Below are positions 51,018-61,441 of a stretch of DNA of 64,000 bases, in pieces. Under the pieces are notes generated by a model. That model saw only the letters and a program-made list of their open reading frames with translations. It had not been told where the DNA came from and made no database searches. The stretch is taken from assembly GCA_963812015.1 (NCBI GenBank), contig CAWETI010000002.1, positions 1,216,001-1,280,000 on the forward strand, in the 5' to 3' direction. Position 1 is the first letter of the stretch, and each line of letters begins with the position of its first letter. This stretch comes from an uncultured delta proteobacterium. Its GTDB lineage: Bacteria > Desulfobacterota > Desulfobaccia > Desulfobaccales > 0-14-0-80-60-11. The position numbers were made by a program, and so were the translations under genes.

Positions 51018-51200
51018 ATGCAAACTTATCTTAAGAAATTTATGGCGTTTATTCGAGATGAACAGGGGGCCTCAGCCATTGAATATGCGCTGTTGGTGGC
51101 GTTGATCGCCCTGGCGATCACGGCGGGGGCAACCGCCCTGGGCACCAACATCTCGGCAATGTTTAATAACGCATCCACCAAACTCAATGCCGCGAGTTAA
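51018..51200 (+). CDS. flp: Flp type IVb pilin
   Basis: FIRDEQG|ASAIEYALLVALIAL; SD GAGGAG. Confidence 0.93.
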   Translation: MQTYLKKFMAFIRDEQGASAIEYALLVALIALAITAGATALGTNISAMFNNASTKLNAAS

Positions 51201-51490
51201 CCGGCGCCTGGCCGAGGGGGTTCGGGGCTGAAGCCTCAGGGCTTCGGCCCTGGACCGTTCTTTGCGGCCTTCGGCTCCCTGAGGCCGGAAGCGGACATCC
51301 GGCCGATGGCGCCGCAAATCGTGAAGGGGCAAATCCTCCGAGCTAGGCGGATTGAGCGCCTGGAAGGACGGGTGCACGGGTGACCGTTCAGGACCTCAAC
51401 CCGGGTGGGGAACCGGATGGTGGGCCTTGGGGATGAGAAAGCTCGTCCAGATGAACAAACTTACAGCACCTTATAAGGAGTGAGTGGAAC

Positions 51491-52309
51491 ATGGGTCGTT
51501 TTCCTGGCTGGGCATGGCTGCTTTTGGCCGTCGGGTTCGCAGTGATGGCTTCTTTCATGGCCCTGGGATGGCTAAAACAACAGGCGGCCATCCAACCTCC
51601 GATCAAGGAGATATCCACTCTCGTGGTGGTGGCTAACACCAAGGTAGGCCCGGCCAGCCTCCTGGACGCGGCGCAGCTCAAAACGGATGTCTGGCACCAG
51701 GCCGAGGCCCCCCCAGGCTCCTTTGGCAACCCGGAACAGGTGGTGGGGCGGGTAACGGCAACGTCGTTACTGCCAGGCGACCTCATCACAGAAAACAAAC
51801 TGGCGCCCAAAGGGACCATTCCGGGGATCACCGCGCTTCTGAGCCCCCAACGACGGGCTATGACCGTGAAGGTGGACGAAGCCTCCGGGGTGGCTGGCTT
51901 CCTGGCCCCCGGAGACCGGGTGGACGTGGTGGTGATCGTGGATAAAGGAGATTATTACAAAGACCCGATCTCCAAAGTCCTCTTCCAGAATTTGAAAGTT
52001 TTGGGCACCGGTCAAAAGATGGAAAATCGCCCGGGAGACAAGCCCCTGGTGGTGCCCACGGTGACGTTGGAAGTAACCCCGGAAGAAGGAGAACGTCTAG
52101 CCCTATCCGCCCAGGAAGGCCGCATTTCACTGGTGCTGCGTGGCCAGGGTGACCAACAACTGCTGGACACCCCGGGGGTGAATGCCATCCGGTTATTTGG
52201 GAGACCGGGGAAGGCAAACCTTGAGCCTCCGGTCGTGGCCCCTTCGCCTCCGCCACGGCGGATGGTGGAGGTTATCCGGGGCATAGAACGGGAACCGGTA
52301 AACTTCTGA
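51491..52309 (+). CDS. cpaB: Flp pilus assembly protein CpaB/RcpC
   Basis: SAF-like domain, RAMTVKVDEASGVAGFLAPGDRVDV, VTLEVTPE. Confidence 0.92.
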   Translation: MGRFPGWAWLLLAVGFAVMASFMALGWLKQQAAIQPPIKEISTLVVVANTKVGPASLLDAAQLKTDVWHQAEAPPGSFGNPEQVVGRVTATSLLPGDLITENKLAPKGTIPGITALLSPQRRAMTVKVDEASGVAGFLAPGDRVDVVVIVDKGDYYKDPISKVLFQNLKVLGTGQKMENRPGDKPLVVPTVTLEVTPEEGERLALSAQEGRISLVLRGQGDQQLLDTPGVNAIRLFGRPGKANLEPPVVAPSPPPRRMVEVIRGIEREPVNF

Positions 52310-52353
52310 CGGTTAAGCACATAAACCCTTCAGGGTTGGGATAGAAAACCGCG

Positions 52354-53544
52354 ATGTCCGCTCATTTCAGCATCTATTATGAGTCCCCGGAAAACAAGGA
52401 ATACCTTCGACAGATTATCGAAGCCTCCGGTGCCGGGGAGTTGGTGGAAGCTAAGGATCTGGCCCACCTGCCCACCAAGACCCCACATGGCACCGATCTG
52501 GTCCTTTTGGAATATCAGGAAAACCATCCTGCATTGGACCACTGGATCGAAACCATTGCGGCCAATCCCCACAGCCCCCCCATCTTTCTTTATTTTAAGG
52601 AAATCTCCACCAACAAGTTATGGAAAGCGCTTCGTCTGGGAGCCAAGGAATGCTTCACTTTCCCGATCCAGGCGGAAGACTTTCAACGAGCGGTCAAGCG
52701 CAGCATGGCTCAGACCAAGGTCAAGAAAGATCTGGGTAAGGCCACCCAAATCATCTCTTTTCTGGGGTGTAAAGGCGGAGTAGGGACGACTTTTCTCCTG
52801 GCCAATCTTGCCATCGTTCTGGCTCAGGAGCACCGGGGGAAGGTTCTGGTGGTGGACCTGGATCTGGGATTTGGCCAGCTCAATTATTTTTTCAATATCC
52901 ATCCGGAACACACCATGACCGAGGTGGTGGAAAATCTGGAACGGTTGGATAAAAATTATTTGCAAAACGTGCTTTCCCCCATCGGGGATAATGCTTACCT
53001 GCTATCGGCCCCGGCCCGCCTGGAAGAAGCCGAGATATTTCACGCCGGCCACCTGGAGACGATTATCCTTTACCTCAAGGAAAACCTGGGACTTAGCTGG
53101 ATCCTGATAGACTGCGGCCATTCCTTTGAGGAAATCACCCTGAAAGCCCTGGAACTGTCAGATATCTTGGTGCTGGTGGCGGCGCAATCCATCCCGGCCC
53201 TGTCCAACGCCAAAAAGATGCTGGAAATCCTCAATCTCCTGGAATTGCAAGGGCTCGAAGTCGAGGTCCTGGTAAATTTTTGGGACCGACAAAATGCATT
53301 GACCCAGACCGACGTGGAAGGCTTTTTGGGGAAGACCATCGGGGGTACCATAACCTGTGATTATAAGCAGGTATCCTTGAGCATCAATGAAGGCAAACCC
53401 CTGGTGGAAGGCGCCCCCCGACATCCCATATCCGGGGACCTGAAAGTGATCGCCAAAATTTTCAGCAAGGACGACAAGCCGGAGGAAACCAACGGCTCCC
53501 GGAGGACGTGGCTTCAGAGTTTCTGGAGAAGGAAAAAACCATGA
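52354..53544 (+). CDS. cpaE: Flp pilus localisation ATPase CpaE/TadZ
   Basis: Degenerate receiver domain plus KGGVGTT, DLDLGFG. Confidence 0.88.
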   Translation: MSAHFSIYYESPENKEYLRQIIEASGAGELVEAKDLAHLPTKTPHGTDLVLLEYQENHPALDHWIETIAANPHSPPIFLYFKEISTNKLWKALRLGAKECFTFPIQAEDFQRAVKRSMAQTKVKKDLGKATQIISFLGCKGGVGTTFLLANLAIVLAQEHRGKVLVVDLDLGFGQLNYFFNIHPEHTMTEVVENLERLDKNYLQNVLSPIGDNAYLLSAPARLEEAEIFHAGHLETIILYLKENLGLSWILIDCGHSFEEITLKALELSDILVLVAAQSIPALSNAKKMLEILNLLELQGLEVEVLVNFWDRQNALTQTDVEGFLGKTIGGTITCDYKQVSLSINEGKPLVEGAPRHPISGDLKVIAKIFSKDDKPEETNGSRRTWLQSFWRRKKP

Positions 53545-54911
53545 GCCTCCTGGACCGAATCCGCCAACGGCAATTAGCAGAGCAAGCGGCCCAACCCCCG
53601 ACCTTTGGCCAAGACCAGAAGAAAGAGGGGGATGGTCATAAGAAAGACGACGTCTTCAACGAATTAAAGACAAAGATACACCTGAAGCTCCTGGGCTTGC
53701 TGGACCTTACCCGCCTGGAGGAAGCCTCAGAGAGTGCCCTCCAAGAGGACTTGCGCCGGGGGGTTGAGATGATTCTGACGGAAGAGAAGATACCGCTCCC
53801 CGCGCCTGAAAAGGACAGGCTCTGTCGGGAAATCAGGAATGAACTCTTGGGGTACGGGCCTCTGGAAACACTCCTGGCGGATCCCAGCATCAACGATATT
53901 CTGGTGAATAGGTACGACCGGGTATTCCTGGAGCGTCGCGGCAAGCTGGAACCCTCGATCATCCGGTTTACCGACAACGCCCACTTACTCAAAATCATTG
54001 AAAAGATCGCTTCCGGGGTGGGACGGCGCATCGATGAGTCCAGTCCCATGGTAGATGCCCGACTGCCGGATGGGTCCCGAGTCAATGCCATTATTCCTCC
54101 CTTGGCCCTGGATGGGCCGGCCCTCTCCATCCGCAAGTTTGCCCGGGACCCCATAAAAGTGGAGGACTTAATCAATTTTGAAGCCATCACCTCGGACATG
54201 GCCGAGGTTTTCCACGGTATGGTTGAGGCCCGTCTTAATATCCTGATCTCCGGCGGCACCGGTACCGGGAAAACCACTTTCCTGAATGTTTTGTCGGGTT
54301 TTATCCCCAACGATGAACGCATCATCACCATTGAAGATTCCGCCGAACTCCAGTTGCAGCAGGACCATGTGGTTCGACTGGAAACTCGCCCCCCTAACCT
54401 GGAGGGTCAAGGGGAGGTCACTCAGCGTGACCTGGTGAGGAATGCCTTGCGCATGCGGCCCGACCGCATCATCTTGGGGGAGGTGCGAAGCGGTGAAGCC
54501 CTGGACATGCTCCAGGCTATGAACACCGGGCACGACGGCTCCCTGGCCACCATTCACGCCAACTCCCCGCGGGATGCCCTCACTCGCTTGGAAACCATGG
54601 TCTCCATGGCGGGCCTTAGTATCCCCGATCGGGCCATCAGGCACCAGATTGCCTCCGCCATCAATGTCGTACTCCAATTGGCCCGGTTGAGTGACGGCAG
54701 TCGCAAGATGATGAATCTGTATGAGATCGTCGGTATGGAAGGTGACATGATCACCATGCAGGAGATCTTTGCTTTCAATATGATGGGGCTCACCGAGGAT
54801 AAGAAAGTCAAAGGCGCCTTTATGGCCACCGGCATCCGCCCCAAATTTATGAAACGCCTGGAAGCCATGGGCCTCAAACTCCCCAGCAGTCTCTTCCAGG
54901 AACATCTTTAA
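53541..54911 (+). CDS. cpaF: Flp pilus assembly ATPase CpaF/TadA
   Basis: [40 protein letters not shown]. Confidence 0.96.
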   Translation: MSLLDRIRQRQLAEQAAQPPTFGQDQKKEGDGHKKDDVFNELKTKIHLKLLGLLDLTRLEEASESALQEDLRRGVEMILTEEKIPLPAPEKDRLCREIRNELLGYGPLETLLADPSINDILVNRYDRVFLERRGKLEPSIIRFTDNAHLLKIIEKIASGVGRRIDESSPMVDARLPDGSRVNAIIPPLALDGPALSIRKFARDPIKVEDLINFEAITSDMAEVFHGMVEARLNILISGGTGTGKTTFLNVLSGFIPNDERIITIEDSAELQLQQDHVVRLETRPPNLEGQGEVTQRDLVRNALRMRPDRIILGEVRSGEALDMLQAMNTGHDGSLATIHANSPRDALTRLETMVSMAGLSIPDRAIRHQIASAINVVLQLARLSDGSRKMMNLYEIVGMEGDMITMQEIFAFNMMGLTEDKKVKGAFMATGIRPKFMKRLEAMGLKLPSSLFQEHL

Positions 54912-54915
54912 GTCG

Positions 54916-56001
54916 ATGATGGCGGCAGATGCCACTGAAACCATACTCCTGAACCTGGTGTCGGTCCTATCCAGGACCCCAGAGCCGGTGCCCGCCAGGG
55001 AGGCATTGATGGTCAGTGAACTGTTTCACTCCAAGGATTTTCCCCTCCTGATCCTGGCCTTTTTGATTTTTCTCAGCTTTTTCTTCCTCATGAGAGGCAT
55101 CCTTTTGTTCCTGACTGACCCGGAGCGGGGTCACCAGCGACACTTAAAAAAGAGGCTTGAAGTGATGGGGAGGCTGGAGTCGTCCCTCAACGTCAGCACT
55201 CTCCTCAAAAAGGCAAACCTGCAAAAAACCTTTCTCGATCGGAATCTGGATAAATTCCGCTTTGTTAACCACATCCAGATCCTGATGTTCCAGGCGGATC
55301 TCAACTGGAAAATGGGGACCTTCCTGTCCGTCGTTTTACTGTCCGGCCTGGTGGGGTTGGGGGTGGGCCTGGGAAAGTGGGGTGCCTGGGGGGCCCTGGT
55401 CGGTGGGGGGCTGGGTGTACTCCTCCCCTATAAGGTGCTGGTCTACAAAAGAAAGCGGCGGCTCAATAAGTTCGAAAAACAACTGCCGGAGGCCCTGGAC
55501 CTACTGGCCCGGGGTCTGAGGGCCGGCCACACTTTTTCTGCAGGGTTACAGCAAATTGCCAAAGAGATGCCCGATCCCTTGGGAACGGAGTTTGCCAAAA
55601 CCTTCAAGGAATTTTCCCATGGTATGGAGCTGAATAGCGCCCTGATCAGCCTCAGGCAGCGCATCACGCTGCGGGATTTGAGCTTTTTTACGACTGCGGT
55701 TTTGATTCAGCGGGAAACCGGAGGCAACCTTACGGAAATTCTGGAGAAGATCGCTGTCTTGATTCGGGAACGCTTCAAGTTGCGCAGTCAGGTCAGAGCC
55801 TTGACTGCGGAAGGCCGGCTGTCAGGGCTTATCCTGGTCCTGATGCCGCCGTTTCTGGCTGCCATGCTGATGGTCATGAACCCGGCCTACGAATCACAAC
55901 TGTTCCGGCATCCTTTGGGTCGGATCATGTGCGGGGCGGGTTTGGGATTTCAACTCTTGGGCATGCTGGTCATTCGCAAGATTGTCAACGTTAAGGTGTG
56001 A
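54916..56001 (+). CDS. tadB: Tad platform protein TadB
   Basis: QLPEALDLLARGLRAGH, ETGGNL, LTAEGRLS; start may be later. Confidence 0.92.
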   Translation: MMAADATETILLNLVSVLSRTPEPVPAREALMVSELFHSKDFPLLILAFLIFLSFFFLMRGILLFLTDPERGHQRHLKKRLEVMGRLESSLNVSTLLKKANLQKTFLDRNLDKFRFVNHIQILMFQADLNWKMGTFLSVVLLSGLVGLGVGLGKWGAWGALVGGGLGVLLPYKVLVYKRKRRLNKFEKQLPEALDLLARGLRAGHTFSAGLQQIAKEMPDPLGTEFAKTFKEFSHGMELNSALISLRQRITLRDLSFFTTAVLIQRETGGNLTEILEKIAVLIRERFKLRSQVRALTAEGRLSGLILVLMPPFLAAMLMVMNPAYESQLFRHPLGRIMCGAGLGFQLLGMLVIRKIVNVKV

Positions 56002-56002
56002 C

Positions 56003-56932
56003 ATGCTCATCTTACAGGCCCTTTTTTTTGGACTGTTAATCGGCGGTATAATCATCTTTCTGGGATTATTTCTGCAACAACGCCACTCATCAGTGCGTCA
56101 GCGGCTCCAGACCAGTCCGCGCCTAAAAAGCGATTTACTCCGGCCCCAAATGGTGGACAAACCTTCCTTTTTAAGCATCGACCTGGCCGAAAAGCTTGCG
56201 AAGAGACTGGATCTGAAAAGAGGTGGCGCCAGGACCACAGACCTCCAAAAAAAACTGATCATGGCCGGAATTTACAGTGAACGGGCTATTCCCCTCTTTT
56301 TAGGGGGCAGGCTAGGTATGCTGCTGGTCCTCCCGGTTTTGGTCTTATTTTTATTGTGGGGGCAAACCACCCAGCGCGGCCTGTTGATGGGGATTCCCCT
56401 CGGCCTTTGCCTTTTGGGATATATTCTCCCGAGTTTCATTCTTGACAAGCTGATAAAGGCCCGCCAGCGAAAAATCCGGGAGGCGCTCCCCGATGCCCTG
56501 GACCTGCTGGTGGTTTGTTTGGAAGCCGGACAGGGGTTGAACGCCGCCATCAAGCGGGTGGCGGATGATCTGATGGAAAGCAGTCCCATTATCTCCCGGG
56601 AGCTGCTTTTAGTTAATCTGGAGATCATGGCCGGGCTGGAACGGGAACAGGCCTTGAAGAATCTGGGGGCCCGGACCGGGGTGGATGAGTTGATCTCCTT
56701 ATGCAATACTCTCATCCAGAGCGACCGTTTCGGGACCAGTCTCGCTCAGGCTCTCAAAACCCAATCGGATTTTATGCGCACCATGCGGCGTCAGAAACTG
56801 GAGGAATTGGCCGCCAAAACCGCGGTCAAGCTCGTCTTCCCGCTGCTGCTCTTTATTTTCCCGGCCATTATAGTAGTCCTGTTGGGTCCGGCCTTCATCC
56901 GCTTCTCAGAATTTTTCGGCCGAGGCGGGTGA
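56003..56932 (+). CDS. tadC: Tad platform protein TadC
   Basis: LPDALDLLVVCLEAG, QSDRFGTS, KLVFPLLLFIFP. Confidence 0.92.
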   Translation: MLILQALFFGLLIGGIIIFLGLFLQQRHSSVRQRLQTSPRLKSDLLRPQMVDKPSFLSIDLAEKLAKRLDLKRGGARTTDLQKKLIMAGIYSERAIPLFLGGRLGMLLVLPVLVLFLLWGQTTQRGLLMGIPLGLCLLGYILPSFILDKLIKARQRKIREALPDALDLLVVCLEAGQGLNAAIKRVADDLMESSPIISRELLLVNLEIMAGLEREQALKNLGARTGVDELISLCNTLIQSDRFGTSLAQALKTQSDFMRTMRRQKLEELAAKTAVKLVFPLLLFIFPAIIVVLLGPAFIRFSEFFGRGG

Positions 56933-57037
56933 CCCTTGGCATACGACGGTCAGGGCGGGGGAAGCTATAAGCCGTGCAGGCCGGGAAAGGGGGAGGGTTC
57001 TTCAGGTTAGGCAAAATCTCCCTCCCCCCTTTGGGCG

Positions 57038-58051
<1,014 letters not shown>

Positions 58052-58143
58052 TTATTAACCCGTTTACGTTCATCCTGCAACGAAATTCTCTCGGTCTGAG
58101 ATTGACAGTAGGTGACCTCGCCCCTATAATCCCTTACTGGGTA

Positions 58144-59058
58144 ATGCTTATGGGGATTTTTGTCTACCTGCGGGCCCTGCGGCTCCCTTTTCTCACCGGC
58201 TCCCTCTTCCCGGTGGCTGCGGCCACGGCCCTGGCCTATCTCACGGAGCACACCTGGAACTGCCTCTTTTTCGGGCTCACCCTTCTGGGAGTGGCCGCCC
58301 TGCACATGGGAGCCAACCTGATAAACGATTACTATGACGCCTTTGGCAGCGACCCTTTGAACCGCAATTTCACCCCGTTTAGCGGCGGCAGCCGGGTGAT
58401 CCAGAACCAGCAACTGAGCCCGGGGTGCGTCAGGACCACGGCCTACCTGATGTTGGGCCTGGGAGTGGCATGCGGCCTCAGCTTGATTTATCTGGGGCGT
58501 CCCTGGGTGGCCATGGTGGGCCTGCTGGGTTTGGGCGCGGCGTTTTTCTATTCCGCCTCGCCGGTGCAGCTCATGAGCGGTGGCCTGGGGGAGTGCATGA
58601 TCTTCCTGGCCTTCGGGCCGCTGTTGAGCTGGGGGGCCTATTACGTCCAGACGGGGAAACTCAGCTGGCTGGGCGCCATGGTGAGCCTGCCCCTGGCCTT
58701 TCTCATCACCGCCATCATCTGGATCAACGAGTTTCCCGACCTGGAGGCGGATATGGCCGCGGACAAGCAACACCTGGTGGCCCGCCTGGGACTAAAAGTC
58801 TCCCGCTGGGTCTATGCCGGCTTGATGCTGGCCCCCTTTGTCAGCCTCTTTGTCCTCATGGAAATTTTTCACCTGCCCGATCTCATCATGGCGGGCCTGG
58901 CGCCATTGCCCCTGGCGGTGCGGGCCGTGGGCCTCATCTTCCGCACCCCGCCCACGGACCCGGAGTTTGTCCCCATCCAGGCCCTTACCATCCAGACCCA
59001 CTTCTTCACGGGTCTGACCCTCACCCTGGCCCTGCTCTACGCGGCCTGGTGGCGGTGA
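58144..59058 (+). CDS. menA: UbiA-family prenyltransferase (MenA-like)
   Basis: NLINDYYD, FSGGSRV, INEFPDLEADMAADK; multi-TM. Confidence 0.8.
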   Translation: MLMGIFVYLRALRLPFLTGSLFPVAAATALAYLTEHTWNCLFFGLTLLGVAALHMGANLINDYYDAFGSDPLNRNFTPFSGGSRVIQNQQLSPGCVRTTAYLMLGLGVACGLSLIYLGRPWVAMVGLLGLGAAFFYSASPVQLMSGGLGECMIFLAFGPLLSWGAYYVQTGKLSWLGAMVSLPLAFLITAIIWINEFPDLEADMAADKQHLVARLGLKVSRWVYAGLMLAPFVSLFVLMEIFHLPDLIMAGLAPLPLAVRAVGLIFRTPPTDPEFVPIQALTIQTHFFTGLTLTLALLYAAWWR

Positions 59059-59074
59059 GTGGGGTGAGAGATGC

Positions 59075-59162
59075 TTTTTCAGGGGGGGGGCTAGGGGCCG
59101 ACGGCCACTTACAATACCTCCCTGAAACCCTCCCCCAACCCCCATAAAGGTGTTGGGAGAGG
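59075..59162. repeat. G/C-tract repeat, degenerate intergenic copy
   Basis: AGGGGCCGACGGCC...AAACCCTCCCCCAACCCCCATA matches 22781..22870. Confidence 0.7.
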
Positions 59163-59227
59163 ATTTTTATCTCGCCCCCAAGCTCCTGCCTGGGAACCAT
59201 ATCTTCAATTGAACTGAGGAAAAAAAT

Positions 59228-60232
59228 ATGCAAGGCCAAATGCCCCCACCGGTTTTAATCGAAGTTACCCGGGGCCCCCGGGTAGAGAGTTGCCACCGGG
59301 GCCACATCGTGGTGATGGACGCGGCCGGCAACCTGCGTCATCACCTGGGTGATGCCGAGGCCTGGGTGTGTATGCGCTCCCTGGCCAAGCCCTTTCAGGC
59401 CTTGGCGGTCCTCATCAGCGGCGCGGCCGCGGCCTTCGGGTTCGGAGCGGAGGAGTTGGCCCTGTTTTCCGGGTCCCTTTCCGGCCAGGACTTCCAGGTG
59501 GAATTGGCCACCCAAATCCTGGCGCGGTTGGGTCTGACGCCGGACGCCCTGCAATGCGGGACTCATCCCCCTCTGCACCGCGCCACGGCCCAGGCCCTGG
59601 CGAAGGCCGGCTTGAAATCCACGCCCCTGCACAACACCTGCACCGGCAAACATACGGCCATGCTGGCCCTGTGCGTCCACCAGGGCTGGCCCATCACGGA
59701 CTACTTGAATCCGGCCCACCCGGTGCAGGAACTGATTTTGGGCACCGTGGCCCGGATGGTGGGATGCCCGAAGGCGCAAATCCAGGTGGCCATCGACGGC
59801 TGCGGCGCGCCGGTCTTCTATGTGCCTTTGAAAAACATCGCCCTGGGATATGCCCGCCTGGGGGGGGCCAAACCGGAGTCGCCCGCGGGCATACTCATGG
59901 CCGCTATATTGAGCCACCCCCGCCACATCGCCGGGGACGGCCGCCTGGAGACCACGGCCATGGAGGCCTTGCCGGGTCGGCTCTTCGCCAAATCCGGTTC
60001 CGAAGGGGGTTACGGCCTGAGCCTGATCGACGGCGGCCTGGGGGTGGCCTTCAAGATCGAAGACGGCGCCATCCGGGCCCTTAACCCCACCGTGGTGGCC
60101 ATCCTGGAGCAACTGGCGATGCTCACCCCGGCGGCTAAAGAAGCCCTGGCGGCCTTTAAGCAGCCGCCCATCCTCAACCATCGCAAGGAAGAGGTGGGCC
60201 GGATCAGACCGGCCTTTTCCCTTACCCAGTAA
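59228..60232 (+). CDS. Asparaginase II (rhizobial AnsA-type) family protein
   Basis: RGPRVESCHRG, RSLAKPFQA, HNTCTGKH, DGCGAP, AKSGSEG. Confidence 0.88.
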   Translation: MQGQMPPPVLIEVTRGPRVESCHRGHIVVMDAAGNLRHHLGDAEAWVCMRSLAKPFQALAVLISGAAAAFGFGAEELALFSGSLSGQDFQVELATQILARLGLTPDALQCGTHPPLHRATAQALAKAGLKSTPLHNTCTGKHTAMLALCVHQGWPITDYLNPAHPVQELILGTVARMVGCPKAQIQVAIDGCGAPVFYVPLKNIALGYARLGGAKPESPAGILMAAILSHPRHIAGDGRLETTAMEALPGRLFAKSGSEGGYGLSLIDGGLGVAFKIEDGAIRALNPTVVAILEQLAMLTPAAKEALAAFKQPPILNHRKEEVGRIRPAFSLTQ

Positions 60233-60512
60233 TGGGGGAGAGCCGTGACCCGGCGCTTGCCTGGTGCGATTTATCCCAGCCAAGATGATTCTCTCCTGGC
60301 TGACCCGTTAGCATCAATGATGCAGCTCAGTTCCGGTCGCGTTCGGTTCCGGGAGCCCGGATTTTTCATCGCATCAATTTACCGGCCGCCCTGGCAGATC
60401 GGCCCCCTTTCGCTCCCCGAAGCTCATAAAAGCCCTTGAATCTCTCCCCAATCATGCTATATTCCAACGATATGGGCAGCCATGCATCATTTCTCACTCG
60501 GGTTGGGTCATC

Positions 60513-61028
60513 ATGAAAGTGTTGTGGGCCCCGTGGCGCATGGATTACATCCTGGGCGAGGATAAGCCCCCGGGCTGCATCTTCTGCCCTGAACCCGGGG
60601 AAAGCTTGCCGGAGAGGTTGGTGTTGTTCAGCGGCAGCCTCACCCGGATCATGATGAACAAGTATCCCTATATCAACGGCCACCTGCTAGTCTCCCCCAT
60701 CCGCCACATTCCCGGGCTGGACGACCTGACCCCGGCGGAGATGCTGGATCTTCTGACCAAGGTCCGGGAGTCCATCGCCGTCTTGAAGCGGGTCATGTCC
60801 CCCGACGGCTTCAACGTGGGCCTCAACCTGGGGATAGTCGCCGGGGCCGGGGTGGAAAGCCACCTCCATTTTCATATCGTCCCCCGATGGAACGGCGACA
60901 CCAACTTCATCCCGGTGTTTGCCGAGGTCCGGGTGATTCCGGAACACTTCCGTCAGACTTATGAACGCCTGGCGCCCCACTTCCAGGCCCTGCCAGATGA
61001 GGATAAGACATGCGTTTCGTTAAAGTAA
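60513..61028 (+). CDS. HIT-family hydrolase
   Basis: LWAPWR, CIFC, NKYPYINGH, HLHFHIVPRW. Confidence 0.93.
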   Translation: MKVLWAPWRMDYILGEDKPPGCIFCPEPGESLPERLVLFSGSLTRIMMNKYPYINGHLLVSPIRHIPGLDDLTPAEMLDLLTKVRESIAVLKRVMSPDGFNVGLNLGIVAGAGVESHLHFHIVPRWNGDTNFIPVFAEVRVIPEHFRQTYERLAPHFQALPDEDKTCVSLK

Positions 61029-61360
61029 TCATCTCCACCGTAATCGTCCTCCTGGGTATCGTCTTCATCATCGAAAACCTGGAGGTCCTGAAGCATCCGG
61101 TGAGCCTCAAGCTGGACCTTTATGTCGCCACCTTCCAGAGCCCCGACATCCACCTCTGGGTCCTCATATTGTTCACCTTTTTTCTGGGGGTCTTCACCAC
61201 CTCCCTGTACGGCCTCTACGAGCTCTATAAACAGCGCCAGACCATCCGCCAGCTCCGGCACAATCTGGAAATTTTGGCCAAGGAACTGAAACAGGCCAGC
61301 GCCACCGCCCAGGTTTCGGTGGCGGCCCCCGAAGCCCAGATTGTCCCCCCGTCTGAATAA
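61010..61360 (+). CDS. LapA-family (DUF1049) membrane protein
   Basis: Two TM helices around FIIEN, then a coiled-coil-like tail. Confidence 0.75.
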   Translation: MRFVKVIISTVIVLLGIVFIIENLEVLKHPVSLKLDLYVATFQSPDIHLWVLILFTFFLGVFTTSLYGLYELYKQRQTIRQLRHNLEILAKELKQASATAQVSVAAPEAQIVPPSE

Positions 61361-61441
61361 TCCGGGGGCGCTCCAGTTTCCTGGGAGGGCATTGGAACCC
61401 TGTGGTTTCGTCGGCCCTCCTCTCAAAGTTTAGTTGTCGCC

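Noticed and set aside
51320..51420. Possible second GEMM riboswitch (GGGGCAAATCC...) between flp and cpaB
   Set aside because: Lacks the GAAA tetraloop and GACGCAAA junction; only generic GC hairpins.
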